In this document: positions 14,601 to 26,600 of the stretch, in pieces
Layout of the letters: every line of letters starts with the position of its first letter
Numbering within the stretch: position 1 is the first letter of the stretch
DNA from: Chiloscyllium plagiosum
Taxonomy: Eukaryota
Direction of reading: 5' to 3'
Length of the DNA stretch: 64,000 nucleotides
NCBI RefSeq assembly: GCF_004010195.1
Contig: NC_057725.1
Coordinates: forward strand, 68,678,890 to 68,742,889
Notes under the pieces: model-generated
What the model was told of the DNA's origin: nothing
Database searches by the model: none
The model's input: only the letters and a program-made list of their open reading frames with translations
Program-made: the position numbers and the translations under genes

Positions 14601-17600
14601 AGTCCAGGGGCTAGGGAAAAGTGGTGTATTTACTGAAGATGGATGATTAAAGGAGTAAACAACTGGGGGAAATTAAGCCCAGAGAGAGAAAGAGAACTGC
14701 AGTTCGGCAGACAAAACGATGGATAATGGTAAGTCAGGGGGAAAGAAGAGCTGCTTCATTTTCTGTTTACTTCTAGTTTAATAGAATAGAGCAGCTTTAG
14801 CTTTACTTGCAGTTTAAAAAGTAGAGAAAGCGTTACTCTGCATCTAACCCCATGCTGTCTCTGTATTGAATGCAAAGAGTGATTTCGCTGAGCATTCTGG
14901 AAGAGGTCAGTACAGTGACAAGGAGTGGTAAGCCCCAAACATCACTTTAGAACATAGAACAGGAATAAAACATTACTGTAGTGTTCCATCCTTCCCTCCT
15001 CCTTTAACCAAAACAAAAGAGAAGAGAAGAGAGATTGAGAGAGACTGTTAGGAAGCTTGCTGTAGCCGAGAGGTAGATGGTCCGCTTGTAAGGATGCGTT
15101 GTAATTTAAGTGACCAGTTAGTGCATCTAGTTGGTATAAGTGCAGGCTTTGGTGAATATTGGGCTTCAGTGAATTGGGTAAGCAAGGTAAAGGCAATCTT
15201 TCTTTGGGTAAAGAGACAGAGATGGCAGCTAGGGCAATGTTACACGGTTCCTGCCAGATGGAGGAAATCAGGAAGCAGTCTAGTGTCCTCGACAATTATA
15301 TCTGCAGAAAGTGTGACCGGCTGCAGCTCCTCAGAGGTCACGTCGTTCAGTTGGACACACTGAGGAGCATTCAGGGGTGAAAGAGTGTGATAGACACTAG
15401 TTACAAGGAAATGGTCATACCAGAGATTCAGTCAGATAGATAGGTGACTGCCAGGAAAGGCAGGCAAGTAGTGCAGGAGTTGCCTGTGGCTATTCCCCTC
15501 TCTAACAGGGTATATCATTTTGGATACTGTTGTGGGGGAATAGCCTCTCAGGAGAGTATAACAGCAGCAGCCAGGCCTGTGGCAGCATCACAGCTGGCTC
15601 TGCTATAGAGCAGGGTCAGGCAAGATCCAAGTGAGTGATAGTGGTAGGAGACTCGCTAGTTAGGGGCATAGACAGGTACTTCCGTGGCTGCGATCGAGAC
15701 TCCAGGATGGTGTGTTGCCTGCCTGGTGCCAGGGTCAAGGATATCTCTGAACGGTTGCACGAAATTCTTAAGGGAGAGGTTGAGCAGCCAGAGATCGTGG
15801 TGCACATTGGTACCAACGGTATAGCTAGTTAGGAGGGATGGGGTCCTGCAGAGCAGAGCAAGTACGGGGAATTAGGAAATGGGCTGAAGAGCAGGACCTC
15901 AACAGTAGCAATCTCTGGGTTACTACCAGTGCCACGTGCTAGCGAGGAAGGAGTAAGAAGGTCGGACAGATGAATGGGTGGTTAAGGAGCTGGTGCAGGG
16001 GGCAGCGTTTCAGGTTCTTGGATCATTGGGACCTCTTCGGGGGCAGGGTGACCTGTACAAGGGGGATAGGCTGCACTTAAACTGGACAGGAAAATCCTCA
16101 CGGAGGCTTGCTAGTGCTATTGGGGAGGGTTTACACTAGAATGGCAGGAGATGGGGAACCAGAGCAGTAGATCAGCAAGTGGAGGAATAGAGGGGAAGGT
16201 AGGTGTTAAGACCAGTAAACCACAAAGAAAGGTCAGGCAGAAACAGGTAAATGAACACAATGGCACTAATGTGTTTAATTTCAATGCAAGGAGTATTATA
16301 GGTAAGGCAGATGAGCTCAGAGCCTGGATTAGTGCATGGGACTAGGATGTTCAGGCCACTATAAAGACTTGATTGAGAGGGGCGACAGGACTGGCTGCTC
16401 AATGTTCCAGGGCTTCGTCTTTTAAAGGAGACAGAGGGGAAGGTAAAAGAGGTGGAGGAGTTGCATTACTAATAAGAGACAATGTTACATCTGCACTCAG
16501 AGAGGACATACTGGAGGGTTCGTCCACTGAGGCAATATGCATAGAGCTCAAAAATAAGATGGGTGCAATCAATGATATAATTATGCTATAGGCCCCCCAA
16601 CAGCTGAGCTATAAAGGAATAAATACGTCGGCAGATTATGGAAAGGTGTAATAAAAACAGCGTTATCATAGTTGGTAACTATCTTCCCCAAGGCTAACTG
16701 GGGCTCCCTTACCGCAAGAGGCTTAGACAAGGTGGAATTTGATAAATGCATCCAAGTGGGTTTCTTGAAACAGTGAGAGAACAGCCCAACGAGAGGAGGG
16801 GTGCGACATGCTGCTCCTTTAACAAGGTTATGGTGTCCTTGTTTCCTTTTTCAGAGAGGCCCTAAAAGATACAGACCCCAAAAAGTCTAAGTTGAAGGAC
16901 TTTAGGGGGTCAATTTGATTTTGGCTAACAGATATTGCCTCAGGAAAAAGGCTTTTTTAAAGTTTAAAAATACACTTGTCCAATGAAAGGGGAGTGGCCA
17001 GTTCTCCCTGCTCAGTCTCTCTCTGGCTTGGTTTGGTTTTTGCAAAGTGGAGTTAAAAAGAACCTGGACCTCAAAGAAGCAGTCCATGCTGATCTCTCTC
17101 TGACTTCTCTCCTGTCAGAACCTGGGTTTCATTTTACCTTTTGTGCTAAGGGTTTTAATAGGGATTGTTGCAGGTACTGGGTACAGCATCATTAAGTTGG
17201 GATTATCTGTTGGGTTTTTGAATAGGTTAAGTTATTCTCTTTTGTTTGTGTTTCATTCAGTAATCTTGTAAATAAATTCTGTTTTGTTTAAAACTATGTA
17301 GTTTGACCAACTGCATCCCTCCTGGACTATCCACATTACACAGACTTAAAACAACTAGCAGGGTTAGGGTCTGGGCTACTTTCTTGAAATGCTTTGAGGG
17401 GGTTGACCTGGTCTGGTGCATAACAGTTTGGAGTCTCTTGGCTGGATTTTTTCTATAGTTCCAAATTGGGATTAGGGTTGTTGGACTCGAAGGCAGCGAG
17501 TGGTAGGTGCTGGTGTCTTTCATTCTGGGTGTTGAAATTGGTTGGTTTAAACAGTGTTTGGGATAGCAGTGGCTCTTTCAGTCACCAAGATAGTCCTGGG

Positions 17601-20600
17601 GGTGGAAGTAGTGACTTTGGGGGTTTTACAAAACATGATTAAGGTCAAGCTGCTGGAATTAGCAAACCAATTGGAGCTGGAGCTGCCTTCTTCCGTGAGG
17701 AAAGGAGAGATAATTACAGTAGTAGCTCAGCATCTACATTTGCTGGAAATGCCATCAGAATCTTTAGAGATGGCTAAAATTCAATTGAAAATGAAGTAGC
17801 TTGAGTTAGAGGCAAACGTCAAGGAAAGGGAAACGGATATGAAATAGTTTGAATTACGATTAAAAGCAGAGGAAAGAGACAGAGAGAGAGAGAGAGAGAG
17901 AGACACAGACACACACACAAATGGAGAAAAGGAGAGAGAGGGAGTTTGAACTTCTGAAATTGGCACTTAGACAGGAAGGTCAGCTTAAAAGGATGATGGT
18001 AAGCTTATTGAGGCAGAGTGAGGATGAGCAAACCCATAGCAGCCAAAGTCCTGGTGAGAAACTGTTTAAGTATATTCAAGCATTACCCAAATTTGATGAG
18101 AAGGATGTGGAAGATTGTTTCATCTCACTTGAAAACGAGGCTAAACAAATGCAGTTGCCAGTGACCATGTGTGTTTTGTTGATCCAAACAAAACTTGTTG
18201 ACAGAGTTAATGAGGGATTCGCATCACTATCGAAGGAGGTATCTGTGGGGCGTATGAGGTGATGAAGAAAGCCATCTTAAGTGCATATGAGTTTATGCCA
18301 GAAGCCTACAGACAACATTTCAGGAATCTAAGGAGGGTCCCTGGTCAAACCTACAGACAGTTTGAAAGGATCAAACAAAGTAATTTTGATAGGTGGGTAC
18401 GGGCATTAAAGATAGAGCAAACCAATGATGTTCTTAGACTACTATTTTGGAGGAGTTCAAAAATTCACTTCCTGAAGTAGTAAGAACTCGCGGAAAGGCA
18501 GAGAGTTAAAACAGTAAGATTAGCAGCTGAAATGGCTGAATTCATGAAGGATTGAAATTGGGGAAAAGAGAAAGCCTCACGTGGAAAGGGAGATGTAGAT
18601 GTCAGTGAAGATCATAAGGATAACTTACCACAAGGTGAAAAGGAAACCCTTGAAGGGGAAAGACAAGTTATAAAGCTTCAGTGTTTTTACTGCAATAAAG
18701 TAGGCCACATGAAATCACAGCAGTCTAGGGTGGGTTAGGAAAAGCACTAGGAAGTCAGATGTAGGAAAACAGGACAAGCCAGTGAATTTTGTTGGAATGG
18801 CAACGGAAAACACAGGAGAGGCTAGAAAGCTGCACTAGAATGTACAAGCTGGTCGGAAATGGGTTAAGGAGCAAGTGCCAGATCTTCTTAAACATATACC
18901 TGCAAAGGAAAAGTTTACTCACACAGGCCAAAAGCAGCAGGCAAAGAGGTTACAATATTAAGAGACACAGGACCCTGTCAATCTGTAATGCTGAAAGATG
19001 AGATGGGTACCTCCGAAGGACTGTTGCCAGAAAAAGTGCTTGTAATGGGAATTCACGGTCAGACAAGAAGCACTCAATTATGTAAAGTGAGGTTAGAAAG
19101 TCTAGTGAAGAATGGAGAAGTTGTGGTAGGAATACTGGACAAACTCTCAGCTCCAGGAATACAATTTGTCCTTGCTAATGATATAGCTGGTTCACAGGTA
19201 GGATTGTTGCTTAGCCAACGGAACCTCGGGCAACTGAACTACTACAAGATACACATCCTCGTTTTTTTTCTGACTGTGTGGTAACGAGGTCACAAAATCA
19301 CCAGTTGAAACAAAGATCAAAGAGTACAGATAAGAAAGCGGAAATGGAATTAGCAGAGACTATGTTTGATCAGGGTGGTGCATGAGCTACCAGTAGGGGG
19401 TCATTTAGGAGTGAGAAAAACTCAAGCTAAAATACGAAGCCATTTTTACTGGCCTGGATTGCACAAGGATATAGTTGAATTTTATTTGACATGTCATACA
19501 TGTCACGTAATTGGAAAACCACAGGCAGTAATAAAACCTTTCATATCTATTCCCACATTTGAGGAACCTTTTACAAGTCTTAATTGTTTGCTTAGGACCC
19601 CTACCTAAAACAAAAACTGGGCATCAGTATTTATTAACAATCATGGATGTGTTGACTAGATTTCTGGAGGCCCTTCCATTACGCAACATCACAGCTAAAA
19701 GGATTGTAGAGGCATTGCTCAAATTTGCACCAGATATTGGACTACCCACAGAGATACAATTAGATCAAGGGTTAAACTTCACATTGAAATCATGCAAAGA
19801 AGTTATAGACAGCTGAGGATTAAAACAATTCAAATCCACTGCGTATCATCCAGAGTTATAGAGAGTGCTAGAAAGGTGGCAGCAGACATTAAAGACCACA
19901 TTGAGGACTTATAATTAAGGCTATCCAGATGATTGGGAGAAAGGACTTCCCTTTGTACCTTCAGAGATGCACCAAATTTAGTCCATTTTAATTAGTTTTG
20001 GGGCAGGAAGTGAGAGAACTGCTAAAATTGATTAAGGAGAAATTGGTAAGTCAGAATTCAGAGGCCATATTGAGGTCTGTGTGTCAAATTTTCAGGAACG
20101 ATTAAATAGAGCAGGGGCGTTAGCTAGACATTTAAAAGTATCACAGCATACAATGAAACAGGAAACAGACAAGAACTCAAAAACACGAAATTTTGCTAAG
20201 TGTTACTTCCAGTGATAGGTGAACCTTTAAAAGCAACGTTTAGTGGACTTTGTCAAGCCGAAAGGAAATGGAGTGAGGTGAACTATTTGGTAAGGGCTCC
20301 AGACAGAAAGAAATCTCGTAGAGTGTGTTATGTGAATATGCTCAAAAGATATTTTGACAGGGAAGTAAAGCCAAAGGCGACTGTGTTATCAGTTACAACA
20401 GAGTGAAGACCCAAGTTCAGAGGATTCTGAATTGGACATTCCTCAGATTAAATTGGTCAATGAGGAAGTTGTCAAAAATTGGGATAAATTGAGTTACCTT
20501 CTAGAGAAAAATCAAAATGACCTAAAAGACTTATTACTATCACATGGAGAGATATGTGGAAATAAGCTGGCAAGTACTTACCTAATTATGCATGATGTAG

Positions 20601-23600
20601 ATATAGAAGATGCTGTTCCAATTAAGCAACATCCTTATAGTAATAACCCTCTAAAGTTGGCACAGGCTCAAAAGGAGAGTGAACACTGATGACATAGTCA
20701 AAGTGAGTTACAGCGGCAGGAGCTCACCCATAGTAATGGTGTCAAAACCAGATGGTACCCAATGGGATTATCACAAAGTTAATACATTTACAAAGACTGA
20801 TGAATTTGGTTTAACCAATTGCATCCCTCCTGGAATATCTGCATAAAACAACTCACAAAGTTAGGGTCTGGGCTACTTTCTTAAGATGTTTTGATAGGTC
20901 TGACCTGGTCCAGAACAGGGGCCATACTGGACCTCGTATTGGCTAATGAGTCTGGCTAGGTGACTGACCTCTCAGTGGGAGAGCAATCGGAAACAGTGAT
21001 CACCACTCCTTAAGTTTTAAGATAGCTATGAACAAGGATAAGTCAGGACCTTGCGGGAAAGTACTAAATCAGGAGAGGGCAAATTATGTCAGGCAGGAGC
21101 TGTGGAGTGTTAATTCGGAGGAGCTGTTATCAAGCAAGTCCACATTTGACAGATGGAATTGTTTAAAGCCCTGCTGGGGACAGTTCAAGATCAGCATGCT
21201 CTAGTAAGGAGGAAGGACAAAGATGGCAAGATAAGGGATCCTTGGATAATGAGGGAGGTTGTGAATTTAAAATGAAAAAAAAGCAGCACATTTAAGGTTT
21301 AGGAAGCTAAAATCAGACCGAATCCTGTGAGGAATATAAAGATTAGGGGTTTAGATAGGGTTGACTGTGGGAACCTTTTTCCACGTATGGAGTCAGCTAT
21401 TACGAGGGGGCATAACTTTAAATTAAGGGGTGGTGGGTATAGGACAGATGTTAGGGATAGGTTCCCTTTACTCAGCGAGTCGTGAGTTCATGGAATGCCC
21501 TGCCAGTAGCAGTGGTGGACTCTCCCTCTTTATGGGCATTTAAGCGGGCATTGGATAGGCATATGGAGGATAGTGGGCTAGTGTAGGTTAGGTGGGCTTG
21601 GATCGGCGCAACTTCGAGGGCCAAAGGGCCTGTACTGCGCTGTATTCTTCTATGTTCTATGTTCTAAAACAGGAAAGTACTCAAGCAGGGAATTAGGAGA
21701 GCAAGATGGGGCCATGAAATGACCTTGGCAAGTAGGTTTAAACAGAATCCCAAGGCATTCTATCCATTCATTAAAAACAAAATGATAACTAGGGAGAAGG
21801 TAGAACCACTCAAGGATAATGGAGGGAACTTGTGCTTGGAGGGACAGGATGTGGGCAAGATCCTAACTGAGCACTTTGCATCGGTATTCACCCAGGAGCA
21901 GGATATGGAGGATAGTGAGATTTGTGTGGAGCATGCTAATACGCTCAGGCATTTTGAGATCAAGAAAGAAGTGGTGTTGGGTTTCTTGAAGAGCATTAAG
22001 GTGGATAAGTCTCAAGGATCCAAAGGTTTCTACCCCAGGTCACTGAGAGGCACAAGAGAAGAGATTTCTGGGGCTTTGGCCAAGATCTTTGTATCCTTGC
22101 TAGCCACTGGAGGTGCCCCGGTGAACTGGCGAGTAGCTAATGTTGTTCCTCTGTTCAAGAAGGGAAATAGGGATAATCCAGGAAACTTTAGACTAGTGAG
22201 TCTCAGATCAGTGATTGGGCAGCTATTGGAGAGAATTCTTAGGGATAAGATTTACGTGCATTTAGAAAAGCTTGGCCTAATTATGCACAGCTAGCATGGC
22301 TTTGTGCAGGACAGGTCATGTCTTACTTATTTTATTGAATTTTTTGAGGTGATAGTGAAGGTGATGGCTGAGGGTAGAACAGCAGATGTTGTTTATATAG
22401 GTTTTCATAAGACATTCAACAAGTTTCGCATGGTAGCTCATCCAGAAGATTAGGATGCATGAGATCCACAGTGACTTGGCCATGTGGATTCAGAATTAGC
22501 TTGCCATAGAAGATAGAGGGTAGTGGTGGAAGGCTGTTTTTCAGGCTGGAGGTCTGCGACTAGTGGTGTTCTGCAGGGATCCATACTGTTTGTTGCCATA
22601 TTACCTTTGCTGTTTGTTGGGTGAAAAGGTACGCAGATTAGCAAGTTTGCAGACAATACAAAGATTGGTGGAGTTGTGGATAGCGTAGAAGGTCGTCAAA
22701 GGATACAGCAGGACAGATCAGTTGCAGAAATGAGCAGAGAAGTGGCAAGTGAAGTTTAATCTGGGTAAGTGTGAGGTGCTGCACTTTGGGAGATCAAATG
22801 TTATGGAAAAGTATACAGTTAATGGCAGAATTCTGAACAGCATTGATGTACATAAGGATCTTGGGTTCAAGTCCATAGCTCCCTGAAAGTGGCCACACAA
22901 GCAGATCGCCTTTATTGTTTGAGGAGTTGAGTACGAGAGTGTCATGTTGCAGCTTTATAAGACTTTGGTTAGGCCACACTTAAAGAGTATTGGTTCAAAG
23001 GCTGCCATAGTACAGGAAGGATATGGAGGCTTGAGAGAGCGCAGAAGAGGTTTACCCCCAGGATGCTGCCTGGTTTAGGGGGTATGATCTATGAAAGAAA
23101 GGCTAGAAAAACTCCAGTTGTTTTCTCTTGAGTGGTGGAGGCTAAGGGGCAACTTGATAAATGTCTATAAAATTATGAGATACATAGATAGGGTTGACAG
23201 TCAGAACTTTTTTTCCCCCCCCAGAGTTGAAATGTCTAAAATTAGGGGGCATGCATTTATTTTGGCTGGGGGGGGTTCAAAGGAGATAAGAGGGACAGGC
23301 CTTTTACACAGTGTGGTAGGAGTCTGGAATGCACTGCCAGGGTGGTGGTGGGAGGCAGATACAATAAGGGCATTTAAGGGATTTTTACAAAAACACATGA
23401 AAATGCAGGGATATGGACCAAGAGCGTGCAGAAGGGATTAGTTTCATTTGGCACCATGTTGAAGGGCCCATTCCTGCGCTGTACAGTTCTACAAATGATT
23501 TTTTTTGAAACTGAATAACAGCATCTGGAGATGGTGTTTTTGAGAAGGATGAAGAACACGGAGCGTCAGGGCAAAGAGAGATCACATCACATCACTGGTT

Positions 23601-26600
23601 ATACCAGGAGGGGGTCACAGTGCTGGTAGCGGTGGTTTGGGTGGGGTGTGAATTTCAGTTTCTTCAAAATACCAAGAGGAATGAATGATAGTAATCTTAA
23701 AAAACACTTTTTTAAAAAAATTACTTATAGTGCAGAAACAGGCCCTTCGGCCCAACAAGTCCACACTGACCCGCCAAAGCACAACCCACCCAGACCCATT
23801 CCCCTACACCTAACACGACGGGCAATTTAGCATGGCCAATTCACCTAACCTGCACATTTTTGGATGGTGGGAGGAAACCGGATCACCCGGAGGAAACCCA
23901 CGCAGACACGGGGAGAATATGCAAACTCCACACAGAGTCGCCTAGATAGGAATTGAACCCAGGTCTCTGGCGCTGTGAGGCAGCAATGCTAAGTTGAAAC
24001 TTTATTGCTGGAACAGCACAGCAGGTCAGGCAGCATCCAGAGAACAGGAGATTCGACGTTTCGGGCACAGGCCCTTCTTCAGGAAGAAGGGCCTGTGCCC
24101 GAAACGTCGAATCTCCTGTTCTCTGGATGCTGCCTGACCTGCTGTGCTGTTCCAGCAATAAAGTTTCAACTTTGATCTCCAGCATCTGCAGACCTCACTT
24201 TCTCCTCGAAGGCAGCAATGCTAACCACTGTGCCACCGTGCCGCCCACCAAATGATATTAGAAAGGAAAGAACAGTCACTGCAGATTAATTAACAGCCAT
24301 AGTGGATAAATCCAAATGAACGGGCCCAATAAACTGGTTTTAGTTTTTGTGTTCAATGATTTAAAATGTGACCTGAATTAGTCAAGAGGAGCAAACAGAA
24401 TTCTGAGACTATCACTATAGCAGTGTCACCTCGTATACAAACTTGCCCAAGCACATTCAATGCTGCACCCTCCTCCCGGGAAGAGCTGGAAGCAACAGCA
24501 CTGGCTGGATATGGAGAAACAAGAGTCATGCTTAGTCTTACCTCTTCAAACACACGATGCAGTGATGGTTCCTCCCCAATTTTCTCCATTTCAGTGCACT
24601 GCAAGTCAAAGTAGGAAACATAATTGACAGGTCAGGAACAGTTATGACAGATGCATATTAACCTATGAAATACTGAAGTTCATCTTAGTGAAGAGAATTG
24701 TCAAGACTCCGAATGGTTAGGGGTCACACTGTCTGTCAGCAGCCAGGGAAAACTGATGGAAAGCAGCACTAGACTGACAGAATAGCTAGAATATCAAACT
24801 CAAACTAATCAAGGGGTTCGGGATTGTTTACATATAAAATAATAGCTGTTTGGGAGTGAATTACATACTGGAATCTAATCGAGGGACTTATATACAGAAT
24901 AACAGATACTGAGAAGTAAGTTATACTGGAATCTAATTGAGGGGCTTATAACAGATACCCAGGAACGAGAAGACTGGAATCTACTTGGGAGGGTGAAATT
25001 TCTGGATGGTTTATACATAGAATATCAGATACTGGGAGTGAGTTAATACTGTGCACATCAGTACAAGAGCTGAATTATAAGACTGGCACTTACCTCATTT
25101 TCTTTCATCTCCTGATAGCTCTGTAACAAAAAGATACAGAGGAAGTGAGGGTGGGACCGTAACATGAGGAGCACATGATACAGAGAAAGAGAGAGAGAAG
25201 GGGACTTCAGAGTGGCAGGGCCTTAGAAAGAAATTGAAAATAAAATCCAGCACGAGATGCATACTTTTTAAATCGGAGGAAAAGGACACAACCTCTGATA
25301 CCTACATGTAACCTGGCTCTGACATTCCAATTCTGATCAACTATTTCGTGGCTGTGTCCGTAATGCCAAAGTAAAAGTGCGGTTGAAGGCGGAGAGCTAC
25401 AGTGTGGGCTCAGAGTATCCACAGCCAAATTGCCCTGTACAGGTCCAACACAAGGAGTGTCGGTCCTTGCCTCAGTAAGATGCTGGCTCCTGGCATGTAC
25501 AGGTTAACAGGTTCTAGCTCCTCTCTACTAACAGTACCAGCCTCCAAGTCTGTTGTGACAGACACCGGTGCATACATCCCAGTTGTAAATTACCATGTGT
25601 CCATCCCAGACTCCAACCTGTCCCCACAATGCCTTGACGTGAAGTGCATTACCACCCACCCCACCATGCCACGAGCCCCCCGAATCCGCAGCACGATCAC
25701 CACACCCCTTTCCTCCCCACTCCGGTGCCTCAGTGTGCAATCATTCATAACACCAGTACGACGGCAGCTACCTGTAGTACTTTGCCATGTACAATGGTCC
25801 CGATGGTTCCTGCACACAAGCGAGGTGTTAGGCCTTTAAACAGACCCCACTTTCCATCAATGCTCACAATGTGCTTGGCTGCAAGACAAATGCAGAAAGT
25901 ATCAAATCCATCAAGTTTGATCTTCTCAAATGTAGGAACAGTGAAATGAAAAAAAAACTGGAAAAACACTGTAGTGTCCTACATCCAACCAGCATTATCG
26001 ATGACCTTCCCTCTTAATATCTAGGCTTGGGTTGATAGATGGCAAGTAACATTTGTGTCATACAGGTAATAGTCAATGACCATCTCCAATGATAAATATA
26101 CATATTGGCCCTTGACATTCAATAGCACTAACACATCCAGGACAAAGCCACTCATCTGCACTGGTACGCTACATAGTACCTTCAATTAGATTAGATTGGA
26201 GAAATTTGGGGGGAGTGGGGGGTGGTGGTGGTGGTGAGACTGTTTGAGGGTTACTCCACACCTGACTCATTTAAAAGCTAGTTTATCAGAGTTCATAACC
26301 GGCATATTCCTGAGGATGAAAGGTAAAGATGGCAAGATTTTTGAACTTGGATGACAAGAGAGGTTGAAATGTTAGTCATTAAAAAAAGGAAGCATTTGTA
26401 AGGTTTAGAAAATTGAAAAGGCCTTTGAACAGTACAAAGGAAGCAGAAAAGAACTTCAGCAAGAAATGATGAGGGCTAGGAGGGGCCATGAAATGTGCTT
26501 AGCACGTAGAATTAAGGAGAATACCAAGGCATTTTATATGTTTTCAGAAGCAAGAGGGCAGCTAGGGAAAGGAGGAAACTTACGCAAGGAGCCAGAGGAA

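Larger units (their letters stand above)
15090..23495 (+). mobile_element. Near full-length decayed CR1 LINE (ORF1 zinc finger + SGNH esterase, ORF2 EN-RT), interrupted by a Gypsy element and a CR1 3' fragment
   Basis: ORF1 SCQM...YICRKC and VVGDSLVRG...CCLPGARV; ORF2 FNARSIIGKADEL, GGGVALLI, SPTRGG|AILDL, WRVANVVPLFKKG, KLQLFSLE. Confidence 0.9.

Noticed and set aside
15616-15832. SGNH/GDSL esterase-like ORF as a host lipase partnering the sPLA2
   Set aside because: It is the esterase domain of CR1 ORF1, is disrupted, and recurs in other CR1 copies.
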